From NCBI GenBank assembly GCA_028023455.1, contig JAQFVV010000007.1:7812001-7876000 (forward strand): a stretch of 64,000 nucleotides of DNA, in the 5' to 3' direction. This document shows positions 27,848-39,025 of this stretch, piece by piece. The first letter of the stretch is position 1; every line of letters starts with the position of its first letter. The notes beneath the pieces are model-generated. The model did not search any database. It worked only from the letters and a program-made list of their open reading frames with translations, and was not told the DNA's origin. The DNA comes from Epiperipatus broadwayi. Lineage: Eukaryota > Animalia > Onychophora. Made by a program: the position numbers and the translations under genes.

Positions 27848-28117
27848 TATTTTATATCAAATCCTGGCCACAAAATAAAGAGTACCTATATTTATTATTT
27901 AAAAAAAACCTAAGAATACCATAATATATAAAAAAAATGAACTGGTTTCAGATTTATATGACTATACAAGCTGGTTGACTTAGATTGGAAATGTGTATAC
28001 GTTTTTTTCAGTTTGGATTAATAGCTTAATAATATAACAAAGAGATAAAGGATAGTAGATGAAAAAAAGTGCATTAAATCCTAAAAATCGAGATGCACTT
28101 CTCCAAGGTGCAAAGAT

Positions 28118-28157
28118 CCTCACTGATGAAAGCCACAAGCTTGAAACTAGTCTTGGG
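28118..28157 (+). ncRNA. Minimal type I hammerhead ribozyme motif (family H3)
   Basis: CCTCA-CTGATGA-AAGC-CACAA-GCTT-GAAA-CTAG-TC-TTGGG: intact core, perfect 4-bp stem II, palindromic ACTAGT stem III, GUC site at 28150-28152; stem I imperfect. Confidence 0.7.
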
Positions 28158-28922
28158 TATAGCACACAAGATGGATTTATTAAGCATTATCATGTGATAT
28201 CTATTATTATTTACTCAAGCTTTATGTAAATGGCATAGACATAATGAAAAGGTATGCTACTAAAACAACAATATGTAAGTTGGAGTCATGTACCCAATTA
28301 ACTAAGAGCTAGCAGTAATAATGATAAAAGTTCAACAAATTTGTAGTTTATTCTAGATTGCTTTTGGTATCCACAGAGAGCAAGGATTCTATGAGAGTTA
28401 ACATATCAATTCTCCACAAATTTTTCTTAAGTTGGTTTTTTCTGGATTATTTAAATCCAAACCCACAAACTTCATAGAAAACATTATTTTCAAGATCAGA
28501 TTCGAAAGGTCATAGACTTCAGGCAATGATCGTTGATAAGATAACTTATTAATCATGCTAGGTTGCTGAAGTAATAAAAACTTCTCTTTTGGAATCAAAC
28601 TATTTAATACAACATTATTGATTCAAATGAGTGATGTTTTAAAAAATATTAATTTGATTATTTTTAAGCACATTTTATCTTTATTACAAAATACTACATA
28701 GATATATAATGTTTAAATACAAGTATATGGTCTATTTGGCGATTTTATATTGATAGAGCTATTAATATATGGTGTATCTGAACTTAGTTCAGTCCCATAC
28801 GGCTATTTGAGTTAGATAGCTGGATTTTTGGACATTTAAATGTCTGAAAGTTTCAGATTTTCTTCTCAATAGTTAGGCATTGATAAAATGCTGGACTAGT
28901 TCTAGTATTTTTATTCCCTAGC

Positions 28923-28964
28923 ACCTCACTGATGACGCTAGAGGCAGAAACCGCGGTCTGAGGT
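28923..28964 (+). ncRNA. Minimal type I hammerhead ribozyme motif (family H2, copy 1)
   Basis: ACCTCA-CTGATGA-CGCTAGAGGCA-GAAA-CCGCGG-TC-TGAGGT: 6-bp stem I, intact core, short stem II with a C.A first pair, palindromic ACCGCGGT; predicted cut after 28958. Confidence 0.8.
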
Positions 28965-29291
28965 TGAGGGTATTTTTGAAGCTTCATAAGAGTTTGTTTT
29001 TAACTTACTCTATATATAACATTTGTAAATAGGAGCTTTATTAAAATTAGGTCATATGACTTGATTTTTTATCAATTTAATTTTAGTTTTTTGCTATTAA
29101 TGCTTTGGCGATTTTATATTGCTAGAGCTATTAATATATGGTGTATCTGAACTTAGTTCAGTCCCATATGGCTATTTGAGTTAGATAGCTGGATTTTTGG
29201 ACATTTAAATGTCTGAAAGTTTCAGATTTTCTTCTCAATAGTTAGGCATTGATAAAATGCTGGACTAGTTCTAGTATTTTTATTCCCTAGC

Positions 29292-29333
29292 ACCTCACTG
29301 ATGACGCTAGAGGCAGAAACCGCGGTCTGAGGT
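29292..29333 (+). ncRNA. Minimal type I hammerhead ribozyme motif (family H2, copy 2)
   Basis: Identical to 28923-28964; predicted cut after 29327. Confidence 0.8.
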
Positions 29334-29419
29334 TGAGGGTATTTTTGAAGCTTCATAAGAATTTGTTTTTAACTTACTCTATATATAACAAAAGTATATG
29401 GTCTATACTGAATTTAATG

Positions 29420-29595
29420 TAATTAGAAGGGATTTAAACTCAAATTTTCAAGCTTCCTATAGTTATCCTCTCCATTTTATATAACCGATACACATGAACA
29501 CAAACATGTGAAAAAGCTAAATGGTTTCCAATATATGTTAGTGGATAGCTGTAGAGAGCATGAAAGTCTGAGTTCAAATCCCTTCTAATTACATA
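29420..29595. repeat. Small decayed foldback copy of family H1
   Basis: GTAATTAGAAGGGATTTAAACTCAAATTTTCA mirrors TGAAAGTCTGAGTTCAAATCCCCTTCTAATTAC. Confidence 0.7.
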
Positions 29596-31959
29596 GATAT
29601 ATATGTTTTACTCATGCTATAAAGTATTATTTTCTTTTATAAAAAAAAAGTCCATGCTAATCTGGAAGCGAGCAATATATTATATGTATGACTGGATAGA
29701 AAGAAACTGCTTAAAATCCATTCTCTAGATTCCCCGCTGATAAATAAACACACGCATACACACATAAAGACAACAATAATTTGCATTTGAATCAAAAACG
29801 GAGTCTATGAATTCATATATAATAATAAAAACATAAAATATGCATAGATTTATTGATTAAAAAAAAAGAAAAATTTTAGTCAAAATAGATGAAATATAAA
29901 TTTGATTTTTACATTATTAATTTTTTAAGATAAATGTTTAAAATTATAGTCATAAATACTAAAATCATAATGTGAAAAAGAATTTCAAGACGGTTTAGAT
30001 TTCTAAAAAGATAAGTGGAAACTAATAATCTTCATTCAGTTGCCTAGCAACAACTTTATAAAGTTATTCCTAACAGATCTTCATGTTTATACTAACTTAG
30101 AGTGAATGTAAGCTCAGGTAGAAAATTTAAAAATAAATCCCTGATTCCCATAATGCAATGAAACATTATATGTATAAGAAAAAGAAAATATTTATAAAAT
30201 TAAAAAAGAATAATAAAAAATAAGGATAACGTAAACCCATTAACTGTATTCAACTGTGGGAAATCATTTACACAACCAGTATACATTTGTCAAAAATTTA
30301 GACATTATATTTATAGCTTCAATATATATATATATATTCAATTTATTGATTTTAAAATAATAAAAAATATAGAACCACAGTTTTGTAAATGCAGTTATAA
30401 ATATTTGAATTCTTATATAACATCACAGTAAAACGGTGGCAGACTCCTTGTCTAAGCTGGCTACCGTACCTCTCTAATCAAAAAATGTATGGCACACAAA
30501 GATATATTTTACATATTCACCACCAAATAATATTAAAAAGCTGACATATCTCAATCAGTATTCATTGATCATTTTCAATGCTCACTTTACCATCACAAAG
30601 TCTTATGGGAGACAATCTTATGTAAGATTTGAAAACATTATATGAATCATCCTTAAACACTAGACACAACATAAATTATTTCAGATATTTCAGTAATAGT
30701 TTTGCTCAAAACAAAAGAAGATTTAATGTTAGCACATTTCCTAACATGGATTAAAGTATGAAACACAGTCATATTTCACGTCAAAACTCATGATTTAGAC
30801 ACATTAGTGCCTTAAACATTTTATGGTGATTAGCTAAATTATGATGCTATGTAATGTAATGACTTAGAAATGGTTTGGAAGTCAGCTTAAACCAGTTACT
30901 AGTCATCGTTTCACTAAAATACACAATGAATATCAAATAATTATTATATTTTTTCTCCATAAAAGTAATTTTTATTATAATTTTTATAAAGAGAGATTTT
31001 CCATCAGTAATGTTTACGTTATTCATATTTTCAAATATTCTTAATAGAAAATTATTTATATAGAGTCAAACTTGGTAAGATTTATTAAAAACAAATGAAA
31101 TTAATTATTTTCATTGTAAAAAAAAAAGGTAATTGTGTAATTACTTTATGCTTTCAACATATTGAAGGGATTTTCAATTTTAATGATTAATTAGCTTGGT
31201 AAAATTTATGTGATGAACACATGATGAATGGAGTGAAATTCTCCAAAAATATATATAATTAATGATTAATTAATACTAAAGCACAATAAAATTGTGATAT
31301 TTACTATATTGATAAAATATGTAAATACAATATATATTAATATTGTATTGTACTATACATATATTTACTAATAAAATAAAAATAGTAATTAAATAATTGC
31401 TTTATGTGGAAAAAAATAACTTCAACAACAAAAAAGATTACATCAAAAAAGCACACAAAGATAAGCTTATTTTTCCTCTTTGCAATCATTAAAAAAACAA
31501 TAGACAATTAAATCTTATTTGATTTTTCCTTATCATTTGACATTTAAATTTAAAGGCATACCTACATAGATAATGCTACAAAATAAAATATTTTGTATGG
31601 CTTCAATGTTTTTATCATTCTACACAAAGAGTAAGCAAAATTAGACAATTATCTTTCAAATGTAAACACCTCAGCGATTAAAAGTTTATTTCATTTGGAT
31701 AAACATTCATTAAATTTGATTTGCATTATGTTTTAGTTGAATTTTTACAATCTTAAATGTAGCCTTTGGTTTATTTGATTGTAACAATTTCTTGTCATAA
31801 ATGTTAAAAATGGTGTGACCTATGGTAGTATACTTTTAATGTTTTCTAGCAAAGTCAATAAATTTGTTATAATTTTAAAACATTTGGGATATTATGACAC
31901 TGCTTCACTTCAGCTTTTGTTTGCTATTTTGTAATTATGTTTAACAATAGTTTACATTT

Positions 31960-32270
31960 TTATTTTACTAATCATTTTTCAAACTAGAGATTATCTCTAG
32001 CCCAGATATAAACTTTAAACCTTAGTTAAAGATTAATATAACTGTTATGGTCTGGTATGGAGGTTATTAGGTACTCCTATAAAAATATTGCAACTATGGG
32101 AAGAAAGAAATTAAATTGAATTACTCCATGTGTGTAAGGTTAATTAAAAAACATATAGTCTTTAACTATCTGGGTTAGAGATAATCTCTAGTTTAATAAA
32201 TGATTAGTGATAATATTATTGTATTTATCTAAAATGGATTGTGTCAAAGTTGTGAGTGGATTAAGTTAGT
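31960..32270. repeat. Inverted pair of partial units of the ~153-bp satellite-like family
   Basis: ACTAATCATTTTTCAAACTAGAGATTATCTCTAGCCCAGATA mirrors TATCTGGGTTAGAGATAATCTCTAGTTTAATAAATGATTAGT; the right part extends to GGATTGTGTCAAAGTTGTGA as in 60130-60680. Confidence 0.7.
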
Positions 32271-32344
32271 CATTTATAAATCAAAATGTAATAATTGTTA
32301 ATATTGTATATATGATGACATTATGTGTAAAAGCTGGTGACCTG

Positions 32345-32385
32345 AACCAACTGATGATCGTTGGTTTAGCATTAAATATATTTTG
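32345..32385 (+). repeat. Old, decayed H1-type HHR remnant
   Basis: ACCAA-CTGATGA-TCGTTG-GTT-TAGCAT-TAAA versus H1 ACCAA-CTGATGA-GTGCTG-GTT-CAGCAY-GAAA. Confidence 0.55.
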
Positions 32386-33931
32386 AGAGTCAGTTGCCTT
32401 TTAATATGTGTTTATTCATAAGTTTTTTTTTAAAAATGTGGAGGTGTGGTGATTATTAAGTAAATCTATAACTGTAGTATACTGATAAGCACTCTTTTGT
32501 GTAGAAAATTGAAACTAAAATTATTAGTTTTAAAAAAATTGAACAAGTCATCATTATACAGACCTCATACAAATATCATATAAATTTGTTCCAGAAAGCA
32601 AGTTAACAATGCTCTGATTGGGTATCATAATACAAAGAAACCAACAGCATCAATGATTGGAAGATGATTTGGTCTCAGGCATTTCATAATGTGTTTTAAT
32701 ATTTAGTATTTCTGGAAAAAAAATATAATTTTCAATTGATTTACATATTTAAGGTTACTTATGCAATGACATTTGTAAAATATTTATTTTAAAAGAAAAA
32801 CCTACATGATTAAAGTAAAATTTTATTTGAAAATATTTGTTTTTAAAAACACAAATAGTAAAAATGTAGTTATAATAAAATGGAAGTTGTTGTTACTGGC
32901 TTACAAGAAGTGTTTTCATTAAATGCTGCTGAAGAAATTTTTTGTGAAATTGTAATAAATTTAATTTTAAATTTTAAGACATATTTTCATTCTTTTATGA
33001 TGCATCAACTAAAATTCATTTCACTTTAAAAATGGAATTCTAATAAGAAATATTGCATTCAATAATTTATATGAATAGGCTATGATCCAATACAAAAAGA
33101 GCAAATATGACCAAAATGATCACTAGGGTCTTTCAAAAAAGTGGGAGAAGTTGGACTTTAAATGAGTTAAACGGCAAAACATTTTAATAACTTCTAATTT
33201 GACATTTAATTGCCAGGGCAAGCTTTTATTAGTTCCATCCAATTACTTAATCCATAGGTATTTAAATGTTATATTTTTCTTTCTGGTTTTATATATGTGT
33301 TTGGCATATAAAATTCATATATATATGTTATTTACAGAGATATATGCTTGAATTAGAAACAAATCTTAATATTTGGATTTTATTCACAACAATATGACAT
33401 TTACTATAAACTTTAAAAACAAATAGATGAGTTGATAGTGCTTAATAAATAGGGATTTATTAAACATTAGCATCTATTAGTTACTAAACATTACTATAGG
33501 TGGCATAGAGATGTGAAGAAAATACATTATGCTACTGAAATAATGGATAAACTGAAACCATGTGACAGTCATGTGAAATCTTAATTTTATTGAATGAGAA
33601 AAAACTTTCAACAATTTAAATCCTATTAAATGTAAACAAAGTTAGAATCAATTATAGTAATAAATAAATAATCAGATGGATTTATTACATGGAAGTTCAT
33701 AATAAGTTTGTATACCAGATGTACCAGAGTTCAAACTGATGAGATGACCATATCCTTCAAAATCCGATCCTTAATTTCTGCACTAAACTATGCATACCAA
33801 TTATAAAATCATTAACTGATATTGGAAAGTTGATAAGAGTATGGATTTAATTTTTTAAAAACCCACAAAGACATAGAATGAAGAAGAACATTTTTAAAAT
33901 AATGTAATATAAACTTCTTTAATTTTCTTAC

Positions 33932-34012
33932 CTTGATACTTTCGAGTTGTGAACGCACATACTCCGCTCGTAAAGCATGGTCAGATCCTGCCACAGAGAA
34001 GGAACCAATGTA
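33932..34012 (-). CDS. SH2D5: Internal coding exon (81 bp, phase 0/0), N-terminal part of a PTB domain, SH2D5-like adaptor
   Basis: Acceptor tttttttgacag|TACATT, donor AAG|gtaaga; encodes YIGSFSVAGSDHALRAEYVRSQLESIK, resembling from memory the 27-aa segment [27 protein letters not shown] of human SH2D5. Symbol is tentative; no other exons identified. Confidence 0.65.
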
Positions 34013-37000
34013 CTGTCAAAAAAAATAATTTGTTTATTACATTAAATAAAATTTGGATATGTTAGTTTGTCAGTGTAACAAATTGGTTTCTTTCTTCTTT
34101 ATAACATAAAACTGAGTGTATTTTCAGTGAAATTTTGGTGAACTTCATCAAAAGTGCATTCATCTGTATAAAGAAGAAAGACATTATTGCACAAAGCATA
34201 CAAACAAATGTATGCTATATTTAATTACAAATACAAATGACAAGAAAAATCAATATTACATTAAATAAAAACAATAAGACAATAGATGAAATAAAGCACA
34301 TTTAAGAAATATATATATATAAATTTTGATTTTACGTAAAAACAAATAGACTGAAGACATATAGAAAATAAAATATTTATTAAAATAATATTAATAATTA
34401 TTGCAAGTAGACTATTATTAATCTGGATACTTATTGCTCAAGAAAATTTCACAGGTGAACTATAAACTTTTACAAAAAATAAATTAGATTTGTAAATAAA
34501 ATTAAAGAAAAAAGCATCCAGTAAATATCTATCATATCACAGAATAATCTTACATTACTCAGAATTATTTTGCAGGCAATCTCATAAGGAAACATTTTTT
34601 AATAGACTTACAAAACAATTTTACTTTTTATTTATCAAAGCTGATTCATTCAGTGAATTCCTCTTTGATCTGACCTCCAACCATATATATTGTAAATAAA
34701 TCAACATTGATATCCAAGATGGTTGAAACATATTAATGATGATCCTAGTTAACAAATTAATTAAATCAGCTCAATGTTTCATATATTGCTTTAAATAAAA
34801 TTTTAACAATTTCAACAGCACATATCCAAACAATAGTAAAAGTTACTTACACACTATTGAAATTAGTATTAGTAAATATCTATAAATTAATAAGCATAGT
34901 TACAGTGAGCAGCTGTTTTGTATCCTATCTTAGTACAAATTGGATTTACAATAAGTGGGTAAAAAGATCTATTTTTGAAATCTGCAAAATTCACAAATAT
35001 CAAAAGCCTTTAAAAGTATATATTCAAATTAATAATGTTTTACTGGAAGTAATAAAACCAGGATCAAATTTAATATAAAATCCATTTTTAGAAAGCTTTC
35101 TATTCTTTATTCATTTCACATGTCTAATCCAACAATGATATGATTTTGCAATAGTAAACATAAACAAATTGATTGTTCTCATGATATTGTTATTGAATTT
35201 TTAAAATTTTATGGAGCAATTTTAAATAAAAATTTTATATTATGTATAATAATTTATATGTAATAATCAAAATTACTGTAATCAAGCAGAATAAGGGATT
35301 TAATATCACCATCAACTGCACCTAACTAATAATAATAAATAAATAATAATAATAATCTTCAATGTATAATTTGATCTTATCAATTTTCCCCCCATTATAC
35401 TTCTTATCAACAGTAATAACCATAAAGAAATAATACAGCACATTCTTTTATTTTTCATATAGCATCTTAAATAAAATATGTGTTAATATCTTGTAATCTG
35501 AGAATATGTGGCAACGGATATTATAATTCTGTATAATATATTATATGATTAATTTATGACCACAATGATAATGATGATAATATAAATGAAATTTCTCAAA
35601 TAAATCATCTTAAGAAAATATTATAATTCTCAAATAATAATTTTTATTGGTACTGTGCAAATATTATGTTTTGGTTCAAACCTCCTGTGATCATATGTTT
35701 GCAATGTGGAAAGAAATTGATTCAACACACAAATTTATAAAAACAAGTTTAACAAATTTTATTACAATAGCTTAACAAATAACTTATTTACAATATTTAC
35801 AGTCAAAACAATCTTGCATCATTACAATTTTCATTATTCTCAAAATAAACTAACAAAAATAAAATATAAGCACTTAAGTCATAACTCTGACTTTTTAAAA
35901 AAAAATAATTTATCTATTTAGATATTCATCAGAATTCTAATAATAATTAAGAGTAATCATGGACATAAGTAACATTTCAAATATATCATTTGTCATTAAT
36001 TATCACTATGATATGTTCCCATTAAAATATGCATCAATTATGAAAACATAAAAACATCAACTACAAAAAAAAAAATTACCTACTCTAATATACGTCTATC
36101 AATTTATTCTTAATCATTTAAAATAGCTTATCACAACAGTGCTGTTGTTGTTAAATAACATATATCTATTCTGGTTCAATAAAAAATGATTGGACTCAAT
36201 TAATAATGTAATTATCATCTATTACACATCTTACTTAGTATTAATCTAATATAAAATAGATGTATGTGTTGATGTATTTTCTTAACATAAAATAATAACT
36301 ATAAAATATAACTACTTGTTTCATTCTATGCTGTTTTCTTTCGATACACAATATATTAAAAATATGCAATACATGTAAGTTTAAAATACTTTAAATTATT
36401 TTTAAAATTTTCGCAAAACAACTTTACTTATCATTTATATACTTTCATAAAAATAGTTTTACTAAAATATAAAAAATATTTTATGATTCTTTTCCTTATT
36501 TAATTTTTATTCTCAATCTCATTTGTATTTATTTTTATCATCAGCCAAAGTAAGAAAACCTATCTTATCCTTTTCCAATAATGATCCTTCAACTCCAAAA
36601 TTATTTATCATTCTCCATTAAAAAATACAATTATATATGATGTAATACTTAGAAATCATGATAATGAACAGATGCGTAGGTATAAGGGACAAACTAGAGT
36701 ATCAACTCAATAGTACATTTATCAGATAGTCAACATGGTAACAGTGTATAAAAAGGCATGATTTCTCTGTCTAATAACCTCCACTAAAATAACAATGTCC
36801 AAGCTATTTATTCAGCTTTCTGGAACATTAATATTCAATACAAAGGTAAAACACTGACCATGGAAAATATACAAGTTTGGGGCTTCGTTATCTGTACCTG
36901 CATAATTATTAAGATCATAAAATTATTCCTATTCCCATAACAAAAAACCTACATTAAAGCATCACTTTGGTTTCATCTTAAATTACTTCCAAGTGACCTT

Positions 37001-38759
37001 TTAACATTTCATTATAGATTTATCAATCTACATCACCAAAAATTCTTACAACATATTTCTAAAATAACAATTAAATTCACATATAAAGATAATGATCTAA
37101 ACTGTTCAACAAGAAAAGGTTACTTCACTTTCTTAAAAAATTCTTGAACAAAAATATAAATGACTGGTATTGATATAATAAATCAAATACTTTAAACATT
37201 TTAAAAAATACTAAAGTTCTTTATGAAAAAATCATATATTATATTCATCATTAAGTTGTACTATACTAGTAATATGGAATAAATGTATGCATATTTTTTA
37301 ATAAAATCTAACTCCTATAAATGTTATATGTGTTTAATGTATTCACACATATTCATACATTCATACAACAACATTATAAGATACTTTGACAATCTAAAAA
37401 AAAGAAAGAAAAATACATCACAAAATTATTAATATTTTACAACTATTACCCAAGTGATATTTCTACTTATTGATCACTTATTAGACATCTTTTTGGTCCA
37501 CAATCAATAAAAAAATTGTATAATATAACACTCATTCAACACTATCACACTTAAAACATTAAAAACTTTTAAAAATTATTAAATATCCTTTAGAGAAATT
37601 ATAATATTATTAGTATGTAATTAATTTTTATGTACCTTTCCTATCTCTAATTATAAATAAGAAATTTAATATTAAGGTTAGTTAAAATAAATAAAAACAT
37701 ATCTACATAAACTTCAGTGATAAATGTTCATTTTTAAAATAAAAATGTTTTTTTTTTCTTCAGGATTTATTATCACATCTTTGCAGGTATTGAAACTCCC
37801 CAGCACTTGTTGCTATGATATTGTTTGAACACTTAATGATGACAATTTTCTGCCCAACATGATGTATGCTCAGTTGATTCCATCCAAAAATGATGAAGGA
37901 AAATTAAAAATAAATGGAAAACAAAAAAGAAAGTCGACTTCTGAAAAATCTGGATTTATTGGTAAAAATAATCACTAATCTGTACTTGAAAGTTTATAAA
38001 ATTGATAGTATACTATTCATACTTTTCAGAATAGTGATTATTGAAGATAATTTCTGCTTATAATATTTAAAAATAATTCTTTGATGTTTTCCTCACTCCA
38101 TCAGGTTCCTATGCTGGCTCGTAGTGTCTTTGACATGGTGATATGAATTCGGGCATCCATATATAATTCTTGTGCATTTTTTTAGATATTTCCAGGAATT
38201 AATCTTTAACCATTACACATAATATTAGCATATAAAGTTTTACTGTCAGGATATTTTTTTATTTATCCAAGGATATTTTCTTTTCCATTAACCTTTTAAC
38301 CGCTAATTATATTATTGGTTGTATGAGGTAAAAATCAAATCTTTTAATTGGCCAACTCACAAACTGAAGACAAAGCCTATTGTTAAAACATATTCGCCTA
38401 TAATATTAAATTCAACTCAGATACGTTTATAAAAAGTATATTATTAATTTTTCAGGTTATGAAGAGAACGAAAGTTCTTTCAAAAATAAATTGCTATTTA
38501 TTTATTCTAAAATATTCAATTTCGGCAACATAAAAGCTATAATATAAACAAAAAGATCGACTTTTACGTTATAGAAAAGTAAATATTTCTTTTTACTACA
38601 TCTTCAATATTTTTACTAAAATCTTCAATATTTTTCGAAAATAATTTTGTTTTTTTATTATTCTCTCTGAAAATAATTTTTAATTTCCATAAATATAATT
38701 TTATAATACTTAAAATTGGATTCGAAATGAAAATCTCAGCGTTTTTCTTTATTTTCTTT

Positions 38760-39025
38760 GATCAGGCGGTTTCTTTGTTCTTTCTAGCCAATCAGAATGT
38801 CTTTTTCAGTTGAGAGCTTGCTAAGAACCAATCACAAATAATGTTCTTTCTTTGTTTAGGTTTAAATGCGTTTTTTTTTATTTTTTACTTGTAAAATAAG
38901 TCGGAAGAGGTCACCATCTTACAGAACTTTTAAAAACCTCTTCAAAACGTATCGAACAAATTTTTTAGCATAAGAATCGGCTGAGTTAGAGTGACGTCAG
39001 ATGTCTACGAGGAGCCTCGTAAAAA
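38760..39025. promoter_or_regulatory. Promoter-like motif cluster
   Basis: AGCCAATCAG (CCAAT at 38788) and AACCAATCAC (38828), CGGAAG (38902), CCATCTT (about 38914), TGACGTCA (38992-38999), locally CpG-retaining. Confidence 0.55.

Larger units (their letters stand above)
28736..29391 (+). mobile_element. Retrozyme-like / PLE pLTR-like insertion: 1.8 tandem copies of a 369-bp HHR monomer with 15-bp TSD (family H2)
   Basis: 28736-29021 repeats at 29105-29390 (offset 369, about 3 substitutions); AAGTATATGGTCTAT at 28721-28735 and 29392-29406. Confidence 0.85.

Noticed and set aside
33740-33780. CTGATGAGATGACC… and nearby exon-like acceptor
   Set aside because: No GAAA or stem I, and the candidate exon has stops in all plausible frames.
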